Assembly: GCA_020137815.1 (NCBI GenBank)
Contig: CM035350.1
Location: 8,990,001 to 9,054,000, forward strand
From: Hormiphora californensis
Lineage: Eukaryota > Animalia > Ctenophora
DNA length: 64,000 bases
Reading direction: 5' to 3'
Shown here: positions 1-10,893 of the stretch, piece after piece
How positions within the stretch are numbered: the first letter of the stretch is position 1
How the letters are laid out: each line of letters starts with the position of its first letter
Made by a program: the position numbers and the translations under genes
The notes under the pieces: generated by a model
Told to the model about the DNA's origin: nothing
Seen by the model: only the letters and a program-made list of their open reading frames with translations
The model's database searches: none

Positions 1-875
1 TAGTGTTACAAAGTGTCACAAAGTGTTACATAGTGTCACAAAGTGTTACAAATTGTTACAAAGTGTTACAAATTGTTACAAAATATTTACAAACACACAA
101 GGATTTGTAGCGAGGCAAATTTTCAATCTTTGACCAAAAAATTGATTTTGGAAAAAGTTTATTTCTTTTTCCAACAGAAACGTTGTATATCATCTTATTA
201 AGTACAAAGAATCGATTACCAATGAAAAAACGTGTGTTAACGATTGGGTCACAACTCACAGGTGACTCGATCAGCACATTGGGGGCCTCTGAGAGGCACA
301 ATACTTGTAATATCACTCTAAAAACTTTACCGGTGTCTAAAGTTCATATTTTTCTTTACCAAATGGACTATTTCAGCCCTGATTTCCACAGTCGATGACA
401 TCGGAGGCTGAAAACATCCGCAAATTAGTAAAAAAGTGTATGTTTTAACCCTAGAAATGATTTAAAACTTTTAGATGTGTTCTAGAAAGACACCAAAGTC
501 GTTCAAATTACTTATTCACCAACCGTCTTATATATTTTGTAAATATTTTGTAACAATTTGTAACACTTTGTAACAATTTGTAACACTTTGTGACACTATG
601 TAACACTTTGTGACACTTTGTAACACTATGTAACACTTTGTAACACTATGTAACACTTTGTAACACTATGTAACACTTTGTAACACTATGTAACACTTTG
701 TAACACTTTGTAACACTATGTAACACTTTGTAACACTATGTAACACTTTTTAACACTTTGTAACACTATGTAACACTTTGTAACACTATGTAACACTTTG
801 TAACATGTGCAGAAAACATTTTGTGCACGTTACATGTTACAAAGTGTTACAAAGTGTTACGTGTCACCCCCCCCC
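1..875. mobile_element. Non-autonomous DNA element (left end outside window) with inverted 10-bp subterminal arrays and a poly-C right end
   Basis: AAGTGTTACA-type units at 1-80 face TAACACTTTG/TAACACTATG units at ~550-805. It ends in GTGTCACCCCCCCCC. Internal block ~95-223 is near-identical to 48267-48395 inside the poly-G-ended element 47874-48697. Confidence 0.65.
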
Positions 876-1654
876 TATCTAACCTCTCTTTCCCTCCCTC
901 CCTCCCCCTCCTCTTCATATTTTTCATATCCCATTAGTTTTCCGACAATCCGACATCAATTTAAAGTTTAATTTTAAACCCATTGCGTCAGGCTCGGTAG
1001 ATCAAAGTATCACAGTAGACACGATGCTAAATATGTGCACGATTCCCTATATCATATATCCCTGCCGTTACAGACCTTTCCTCCCGAGGAATGGAGTGAA
1101 CTTCATAATGTACTTTCCCAAGATAAAAAGAACTTGCGAGTAAGCTGTCATGGCGCCACCGATCCCATCTGAGCGCACTGTCAAATTGGGGTATGGCGCC
1201 GCCATACAGATAATTTGGCCCAGCTTCATGTTAGTTGCCACCTACCTTCAATAACAGGTATTGCCTCAGAGAACACGTGAGTTTTCCTCTCCACCCTCCT
1301 GTGTATGGGATAGAGGGGGAAGTTCCACGCTTTCAATCGCTCTTCTACCGGTATGGGACCCATACGAACCGACCCCATCCTGCTGTATGGTAAAATGCGT
1401 TTGGGGTGACAACTTAAAAAAATCCGACTTTAACTCGCCCTATAATTTATCGACATAAAAAAGCTCGAATAAAAAATGAACAAATCCGCAGAATGAATGA
1501 TCAAGGTGGTCATGCATATAACAGCCTAGGGATAGCTGATGCATCCTGATAACAACACATTCCTAGCCTAGCAACAAAAAATGCACAATAGTGGAAATGA
1601 ACAGTGGGAGCTCTGAATAACGTGTCACGGTAAACAACACACATACGCAGACAG

Positions 1655-2180
<526 letters not shown>

Positions 2181-2347
2181 CTTCGCTTCTACGGAGCATC
2201 GATCTCTCTGCCTTGCTAACGAACACAACAAGCACGGGGACAGGCCAGTTACACAAACGACAGAAGAACGTTGAGGGCCATGGATTAAATCATAGAAATT
2301 CAGAAATGAAATTGACGTCTTTGATGAGTATGACAAATCAACTACTA

Positions 2348-2531
2348 CAGTCAAACCTCGATTTACCGGTCCCTCGATTTACCGGTCCCTCGATTGACCG
2401 GACGGATACATTTTCCCCAAGTTAGCATTTTATGTGAATGAAAACGTCTACATACCGTGGCACCGTGCACTTCGATATACCGTTCATCCTTCCCCCGAGG
2501 ATTCCGGTAAATTAAAATAAAGGTTTGACTG
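2348..2531. mobile_element. pogo/Tigger-like (Tc1/mariner superfamily) MITE
   Basis: TIRs CAGTCAAACCT...AGGTTTGACTG flanked by TA on both sides; internal CGATTTACCG repeats shared with the CAGTCGGACCCC MITEs. Confidence 0.8.
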
Positions 2532-2644
2532 TATGAGTCGATTGAAATTTGGACAAATTAAATAAAACTCTTTACTTTAATTCTAAACAACAATATCAAA
2601 GATTCTAACCAAGAACAAGAGGTACAATATCAGGTGTATAATTT

Positions 2645-3817
2645 CTAAAGGTTTGCTTCAGGGTTGGCGTGGACACGGGTCCTAGGAGGAGGTGCAGTTG
2701 GGGGTTCTAGTTCCTTCAGTTGCTTCTCCTCTGGATCAGCCCATCCTGCATTCCAGCTCTCCTTCTTAACAATGGCCGCCTTCAAGAGAGGGGGATGGAG
2801 TTAGAGGGGTGGGTATGGGTTTGGTTTAGCGGGGTGTGTATGGGTTTTGTTTAACGAAGGTTAGTACTACTAACCTTCGTTAAACCAAACCCATAATAAT
2901 AGTAGGGACTTATGTTGATTTTTGAACAGCTAAATTGCGGTATAAATGAGCACATGTTTGCTACCAAGTAAAACATGAGAAATGTGTCCAATGTTCATGT
3001 CCATACATGTTGTGCGGTAACAATGTATACTTACAAAGAAATAGAGGCAGGTACCGAAGAAGACAAAAATGACACTCAGAAGGCATGGGAATGAGGCACA
3101 AAGGGGTGAGACAAGTCTGGGGAAAGTATGTTAGTTAGTTGGTTAGGATTAGTACTTGTAGTTTGTATTGTACTGTCTGGCGGTGCCGTCCCTGAGCCCA
3201 ATATTGTTTTGAGATATTTTAGGTCTTGAGAAGACTATAATCTCAAGACTTTCTACTCAGTTTACTATCTAAACTCACAAAATGTACAGGGCGAATCGTG
3301 CTATGTAGTTCCTGAAGAACTTGCTGTAGTATACGAGGTGAACAAAATACAACTCAAGTTGGTATGGCCGTTCCTCGTCTCTTCTTCTGGGTCCTTTAGG
3401 TCTTCTCTTGCTAATTGGGTACTCAATCACCATGATAATGATACTCGATAACCTGAATAGTAGATTCACAGATAGAATTCTACCGATACTGTGTGAAATA
3501 GGAGAATAGCAATTAGCAAATTATCAATCCGAAATACTGTGCTACTACCCGTTTTCCAACCCCATCCCTGTAAAACCCCCACCTCACTATACATAACTTG
3601 AATCTAAACATGTTACGATATGATATTAGTGTACTCACAGGCCCCAGACGTTGGTGAATCTCCAGTACTTTGAACCAGTATCATCGTCCTTAGTGTCAAA
3701 CACAGGGTGAAAGGACATGATGGCGGAGATAAAGAGGCAGATACCACCTCCGAGACACATAGTGTTCGCCCAGTATCCCCAAAGGATATCACCCGGCTTT
3801 GGTCTCCTTTTAGCCAT
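2645..3817 (-). CDS. CYBA: Cytochrome b-245 light chain (p22phox), 189 aa, 4 exons
   Basis: Exons 3817-3639, 3452-3279, 3116-3035, 2779-2645 splice in frame (GT-AG). Motifs GDILWGYWAN, IEYPISKRR, FFRNYIARFALYILL, AAIVKKESW and Pro-rich PPTAPPPR parallel p22phox GQIEWAMWAN, LEYPRGKR, FTRNYYVR, AAVRGEQW and PPSNPPPRP. Confidence 0.88.
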
Positions 3818-4545
3818 ATTGTTGTGAGAGATCAAACGCAACGAAACAACTTGTACACGCTATGAACAAACATAAACAGACGTGGGTGAGATTTGCCCCG
3901 GTGAGTGTGGAATAACATTGATCGTTTTATGACGTAGGAAGTGGCGACGAAAATAAAATATCAATCATTAGGAAAACTTCGTATGAAACCAGTGTACTCG
4001 AATAATAGGAATGGAACTTAAGAAAGGGACAAAATTAGGGTATGATTAGAAAAATAGGATGAATTACTCGGGGATAAAATTTTCGGAGTTTGGGTTTCCA
4101 AGTGGTTAGGTTTATATCCGATTAAACTTAATAGTCCGCCCATTATGTTCATTCTCCAATACATTATCCTGACCACTCTCTCTCTCTTATTGAGAGAGCG
4201 TTCTGTTACTATAGGAGGAAATTATTTAAACAGTCCTAGCTTGCTTTACTGCAGCATACACTCGGTGTATTGACACATCGATAGTGCTTGCTGCATCCGA
4301 AAAAGGGCCATCCATATGTTTTGTGTGTAGGGAGATGTGATTTGAATTGCAACGACCCACCTTGCAGTGACCTTACTTAAAATTCAGACAGCCAGTCTAT
4401 TTGCATGTTTTTATGAAGGAGCACTCGGAATTTTGATCCACAAATGTGTGATGCTTGATTGCGATTTTGTACTTGTAGGCTGTATAGTTTGTGGTTAGTG
4501 ACTGTTTTAGTTTGTTTTTAGTGTGTGTTCATAAGCTGTATCATC

Positions 4546-7397
4546 ATGGCTGAGAAATTGACTGAGGAGCAGATATCGGAATTCAAGGAAGTCTTCACTA
4601 TGTTTGAAAAGGATGGCGATGGAACCATTGGTGCTGCAGACCTAGGCAAGTACACTTTTTAGAGACATTATGACGAGATAATTGCTTCAATTAGATGATA
4701 ATTGGTTCAATTAAATAGTTTTCTGAACAAGATCGTCGTCCCACTCTCGGATAAACTGTCCAGTCACCTGCCATTGGCAACTCTCCATACCTTTGTGCTG
4801 CCAGGTCTGTGTAAAGGGCACCACCAGTCGCTTAGTTATCTTCTTCACGTAGCACCGAATCTTGGTACCCGCTGGGGCGGTACACTCAAAGGTTTTCCTC
4901 AGACTCTCTCCAACCTCTACCGTGTCATGGAATGTGAAGTAGTGTTGGCGGTCCTCGTCAACTCCAATCTCCCCTGTCGTATCCTTGACAACCACGGGGC
5001 GTGCCGTAAAGGCAAGATCCTTGCTTATCATATCATGACTGGGACCTGATATATTGAAAGTTTCCATCATAATAAGTAACATACCGATTACCGAGAGCAA
5101 AGACTCACTCTATCCGCCTAGTTTGTATAATAAAAGCATACGTAGAGCAATGTATCCATGTCTATCATCTTTACAAACCTCCAGTTTTGTCAAAAGAAAG
5201 CCTTTCCTTCATGGTAGATCCCACGTGATACACCTTTGAAATGTCATCCACACTGTTGGTGGCATCCTGTATCTGGAAGTCAATTGTCGTGGAACCCTCT
5301 TCTGTTACCACAGCAGACTCCAAATCGTAAACGGTGCCATTGTGCAGCCATTCAGACTCCGAAAGTGGTAATAACTTGGAACACTCTATAGGGAACATGG
5401 TTCATTGGTGATTGTCCATGGCTTCTAACTAACAACCACGTGTCGTGATGCTATTCAGCTATTTATAGCAGAACAATCAATATGATTTACTCAAACAGAG
5501 GGGTAATGTTAGCCTAACAAGTCATACTAACCGTTTTGGCAGAGTTTCAGACTGGCCCTTCCTTCAGAGTAGTCTCGGGAGAGTTTAACTCTGTCGCTGT
5601 TGTAAACCTTCATCGTGATCTTTGGTAATTTATGATTCACCAGGCTTGTCTGCAAAATGTAATGTGAAAATTTGGAAATTAATAGCTGTAAATAAGTCTG
5701 TAGCGTGAATAAAGTCCTAAAAATCGTCCCTTACGCTGTATAGAAGAAGGTAGTCATATCCATCGATTCTGAACTCCACACAAAGCGGTATGCCAATGTT
5801 GGTAACCGATTCTACTATGTACGTCTCATGGGAGCCAGTTTGGAAGTCGTTTACCCAAGATTTGTCTAGTGCCGCAAAGCCGGTTCTCCCTGCGTCCCCG
5901 TACAGGCGTGCTTCGACCAAGTTATCAGTGCCAGAATGTGTTTCACCCGAAACAGTGACTTTGAGAGTGTAGCTGTACTTTCCAGCCACTAACTGGGCAC
6001 CTGTATGTAATGCGATGTAAACAACTAATACATTTGTAGCGACGGTCCCCGTAAGTCGTAACTACACTTGCCTATAGAGATGAGGAGAACGTACTGGTAG
6101 ACCATTGCAATCATCTTACTACTAGTAAAACTAAAATCCCAGAACAGCTTACTCAATAAAGAACAACTGTGACAAAAGAGAAGTAGGAGGGCCTGCAAAA
6201 CAACTGTAACAAAAGATAATCTAGCCTGTAGAAGTCTATAGTAGGACTGGAGGGCCTGCACTGGAACAGCTGGTCTCACTGATTGTGCTATTGTTTGTAG
6301 ATCTGTCAGAGCAATATAACAATCCTTCTTTCTCTCTGTCTCACACACACCGGGGCGGTATACTTGATCCGCGTACAACCGTGAAATGACTTGAAACTCA
6401 GCACTGCCCCCGTGTGGCGTGACAACTTATTGAGAAGAAGAAGAAGAGACGGAGTTATAGAGACAGAAAAGTAGAGACGCGGGCATCTGGAACATAATAG
6501 CACAAGGGTCTCTTCTTTCTAACAATCACCTATAACAATACTAAAATACCAACAAAAGTGGGGTTATCACCAGATGGATCTCATTGTTTCTATCACTCCC
6601 TCTTTATTCTACAACAATTATAATTACTTCTTCTTTATTCTACGTCAATTCTACTGACCCCATGATAATTATATCCAACTCAGGTAGTGCCATGAGGGCT
6701 CTCCACCAGTATCCCACGGAGGCAGTTCTAGCGGAGATTACGGGGGAGGTTGAGAGCAGTCACGGTGGTAAAGTTGACTTTCCTGAATTCATCGAGATAT
6801 TGGTATGTGTTGGTTTGTTTGTACGATTCGATAGTATGTGATTGTGGTTGTATTACATATATCTCTCATCTGAATAGTGGGGGAGGTTGGTACATGAACT
6901 TTAGCATGCTAATAATGGTAGAGGGAGAGTCATGTGATACAGTGATATACTTATTACAACTCTATTATATACTTATTGTCGTACAACTCTAATATTAGCT
7001 TCGCATTTCAAATTCACACAAATTTCGATCATTGGATGTTCTAACGTCCTCCATCAATCCTGCAGGTAAAGAATATGGCGGAGGGGGATGCTGAAGAGGA
7101 GCTCCTTGAAGCCTTCAAAGTTCTGGACGCCGAGGGATTTGGCTACATCAACAGCGGGGAACTGAGGAATGTCCTGACCACGTTGGGAGAGAAACTGACC
7201 GATGAGGATCTGGACGACATGATCAAAGAAGGTAACTAGAGAGAATACATTAGCTGTATCTAGAGCAATTATATTGCTGTTAGTATTGATACAACCTGCC
7301 AAATGTATTTGTAATCAAAATTATCGTTACAGGTGATTTCAATAATGATGGCCGGATTGATTTTGAGATGCTCGCCAGGACCATGACTCAGAGATAA
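4546..7397 (+). CDS. Calmodulin-like EF-hand protein, 149 aa, 4 exons
   Basis: Exons 4546-4645, 6684-6802, 7066-7231, 7333-7397 total 450 nt. [28 protein letters not shown]...PTEAVL...VDFPEFI...[12 protein letters not shown]...[27 protein letters not shown] is colinear with calmodulin; several EF loops are degenerate. Confidence 0.92.
4711..6114 (-). CDS. Secreted PLAT/LH2 + aerolysin/natterin-like beta-domain protein, 322 aa, 5 exons, nested in intron 1 of the CaM-like gene
   Basis: Exons 6114-6072, 6000-5735, 5649-5532, 5385-5179, 5045-4711 total 969 nt in frame. Signal peptide [21 protein letters not shown]; PLAT motifs [25 protein letters not shown] and [11 protein letters not shown]; C-terminal part with [27 protein letters not shown] as in aerolysin-type domains. 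Confidence 0.78.
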
Positions 7398-7673
7398 TAT
7401 TCGGGGAACCGGGGAATCGAAAAACTGCACAAATAACTAATACGATTGTTTGAGTTTTGAAACTTTCAGAAATTTGATCCGTTTACAAAAAAGTGTGTCC
7501 TCAAATGCGTAAATAAAAACTTTGAAGCATCTTAGTTATAAATGATACTTTTCATACAAATTATAAGTATTAAATGATTTAACAAGTACGGTAAAAATCT
7601 CCAAATGTCTCTTTTGAACGGATCTGATCAATGTTGCAGACCGGATCAAGACCTACGGTATTTTATACGGTAC

Positions 7674-9491
7674 CTATCTCCTAAATATAAACGTGTTGTA
7701 AATGATCTCCCCTGCTTCCATCGCATCTGAAAATTGAGTAGTTAGGGACCAAAGGTTGCTCTGTTACACATTAACCCGTTACACATTGACTCGCTAAATA
7801 ATTTACAAAGCAACCATGAAAATGATAAAACACATTTTATTTACCTTTCAAAATTGGAAACGTTAAGGCGTCTTTAGGCAACTCCCCACTCTCAACGAGC
7901 TTACTCCCTGCACTACAAAGTGTTTCAATTGACCGCTTTGCAAAATCGTTGTTGTCGTTGTTGTAGTATTGCAACTGGTAACCAGCTAAGAGAATATATT
8001 CAAGTGAGTATAGATGTCATGTATTTAGCACCGACCCGATCTGTTGCAGGGAACGCTGCGAATTCAAACGGGGTCGAGACAGACAGACAGGCTAAAATAT
8101 AATATCAGAAATTTGAGGAAGCTGTTCCAAAAAGGAATATTGTTTGCTTTTGGTAACCTTACAATTTAAGGTTAATTAAAAACAATTGTTTGGTAAATCC
8201 GACTTTTTTTAATTTGTAACCTTACAATTTATTATTTTTTTGAGATAAGCCGTTGTTTCCAGAGTTTCTCCCTCTGTTCTCCAGTGTCGCATCACAGGTC
8301 GAATCTGCAAATATAATGGCGTTTATAAACAAGCTCAGTAGACTATTACCTAGGGCTAGACGTCAGCAGTAACCATACGACAATAATAAAGACTTTATGG
8401 TATTTAAAGTCGAATTTTTTAATCAAGGGACAGGGGGCCGCGCATTCAGAGAGGTCGCGTGGCGTTGTATTTGCGCGTGACAATCAAGATCAAGTTCCTG
8501 GCAATCTTAAGACTTGAACCCGGAAGTGTTGGAAAGATAATTTTAAGACCTTTTCAACGCAACAAAGATCAAGTCTTTATCTTATCAGGAAGAGGAGATA
8601 TGAGCGAAAACATTTAGCACGCGCAAAAAGACTTTGTAAATGCGTGGCCTCCTGTCCCTTGATTAAAAAATTCGAATATAGCAAGTTTAGTGTTTACCTT
8701 GTCCACTGAAACTGTGCGGCTGAAATCCTGGTTAACTATCCAAGCCCCAGGCTCACAAAACTCCCTGAGCTGTTCCAAAAAGGCATCCATACTATCATGA
8801 ATGTAGAAACAACATCCAAGTGTAAGGACGTGTGTAAATGTTTGACCACCAACAACATCAGACAACTTGGTCATATCACCGATCAAAATCTTCCCCTTGT
8901 CTTCCACTCCATGTTGTTTCATTAACTCCTGACCTTCCTCGATAAATCGGGGCAGAATGTCTAAACCGACGAATGAACAACCTAAAAATACGTATACATA
9001 GATACTGTTTTAATCAGTAAAAACGTTGATTTGGTATTAAGTTATGACGTATCAACCTGTCTGCTTGGATATGTTGATTGCATACGCCCCACGTCCACAC
9101 CCAATCTCCAAAAGTCTGCTTGATTCGTTGATCCCAACTTTCTTTATTATCCAATTGACAAAGTTCTCATTTGCTTCCGTCATGTTGGAACCTAGGAAAT
9201 TTATATGAGGGACGAGGGTAGACCAATTACCCCCAGTTGTTTTAAATGTTTTAGTGGCACCGCAGGGCGCAGTGTCACCCCGGAAGTTGAATTTTCCCAA
9301 GAGATAAGATAAGACCAAGTTTCCCGGCGGTGATGAGGCCGTGGATGGGATCTATTAATACAGCATGAAATTCATTACTTACAATTCTCGGTGAAGTATC
9401 CAAAATTAAGGTAATCCCCGCACACGTTCCTCCATAATCGGGGGAACACGGTCTCGTAGACGTCGTTCACTCCATCCTGGTTGCTTGCCAT
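7674..9491 (-). CDS. Class I SAM-dependent small-molecule methyltransferase (sarcosine/dimethylglycine-, tocopherol- or sterol-MT-like), 266 aa, 6 exons
   Basis: Exons 9491-9383, 9191-9057, 8981-8698, 8304-8226, 7985-7845, 7726-7674 total 801 nt. YLNFGYF, motif I LLEIGCGRG, FVGLDI, IGDM, and C-terminal GEIIYNTFIFRR. Confidence 0.85.
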
Positions 9492-9717
9492 GGTTCTATA
9501 TTCACACTTTGGTTGTTGAGTAAGGGGTGACAACACTTTGGTTGGGGGATTTAACATGTTTGTGTCACAGTGATGGTGTTATTAGCGGTATCTAATTCTA
9601 TCAGTAGTTCATGAAAAGGAATATAAAATGGGAAAGTGAGCCAGCTGGTAAAGACTAAATCTATTGACTAACTCAAATTTGTGAAATTTAACAGAAATTT
9701 CATTTAGGCAAGATGGG

Positions 9718-9725
9718 TATAAAAG
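9718..9725 (+). promoter_or_regulatory. TATA box of the peptide-precursor gene
   Basis: TATAAAAG about 30 nt upstream of an initiator-like CATTCAG and about 90 nt upstream of the ATG at 9806. Confidence 0.55.
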
Positions 9726-9805
9726 GAGGATGGAAAAGGAAAAACAGCAGCATTCAGCAGCAGTCAACTAACTCTAGCTACAGCAACTACCTCACCAATC
9801 TCAAC

Positions 9806-10893
9806 ATGAAGACTTTTATCGTTTTGGCCCTAACCATTGCCCTCGGAAGTTGCCTGGTAACAGGATCTTCCCAGCCGGAGTACCAGCTTCAGGGATACTT
9901 CGATACTCTCAGGGAGATCTACCTAAAACTCAAACAACTCGGTAAAGAAAACACTGCAGCAGCTCCACATTCTATACAGACCCTGCCTTGTTAAACAAAT
10001 CATATGTCAGCTCACTGAACACACACACATCAAAGTTTCCTGCACACATCACTCTCGCATATTCATATTACATGTAAACAACTCCCCCCATCATTCTAGG
10101 AAGAGAAACTGTGTGTGGCCAGACCGTCTCGGAACTTTTGGAACTTCTTGGCCTACCCGATGTGCTTGATGGAATTGTGGCTACAGCCCGTGGCTGGATC
10201 TGTAACAGTATCCTCAGCAAGAGAGCTGCTGCCATCGCTGCTGAGCAACCCCAGGCCCTTCAGGGATACTTTGATACACTCATCTCTATCTACTACAAGC
10301 TGAAGGAGCTAGGTAATTATAGATTCTAAATAGAACTAACAATCTCTTACAATAGTATCACCATGGCTCTAAATTACCCACAACCTCTCTCTATGACTTC
10401 ACAACCTCCCTCCAGGAAATGACGTCGTCTGTGGTAAGACTTCGACCGAGCTGATTGATCTCCTGGGACTACCCAGCATTGTGGACGGACTTGTTGCCAC
10501 CGCCAGGGGATGGATCTGTGACAACATCCTGAGCTCTGGATTCGAGAAGCGTGCCATTGAGAGACCCGAGGCCCTCCAGGGATACTTCGATACCCTTACC
10601 CAGATCTACTACAAGCTGAAGGAACTCGGTAAGTGTGTCTGTTAGCTGCCCTTTAAATATCAAACTCTTTAGCTGTCCTGTAACATTTTATACAGCTTCT
10701 AAACAGCTTTGAGATACAGTATATTCGATACACCTCTTCCATCTTTTTAACACCTTGTATTGCACTCAGGTCATGATACTGTGTGTGGACAGACTGTATC
10801 TGAGCTGATTGAGCCTCCTTGGACTGCCCTCAGTCTCTGGACAGCTTGGTGGCTACTGCCCGAGGATGGATCTGCAATAGCATCCTAAGCTAG
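9806..10893 (+). CDS. Secreted precursor of three tandem ~56-aa two-Cys amphipathic peptides separated by KR sites (~227 aa)
   Basis: Exons 9806-9941, 10100-10312, 10416-10628, 10770-10893. Signal peptide MKTFIVLALTIALGSCLVTG; unit LQGYFDTLxxIYxKLKxLGxxxVCGxTxxELxxLLGLPxxxDxxVATARGWICxxILS occurs three times. Two single-base insertions in exon 4 (~10814, ~10837) disrupt unit 3 as assembled. Confidence 0.85.

Noticed and set aside
9279-9351. Possible extra methyltransferase exon (YPIHGLITAGK...)
   Set aside because: Its donor phase does not fit the next exon; direct exon 1-2 splicing gives the family-typical FGYFTENCSNMTEA.
9886-10582. LQ|G junctions as viral 3C-like protease sites
   Set aside because: The gene is intron-containing and secreted with no viral context; a host processing motif is more plausible.
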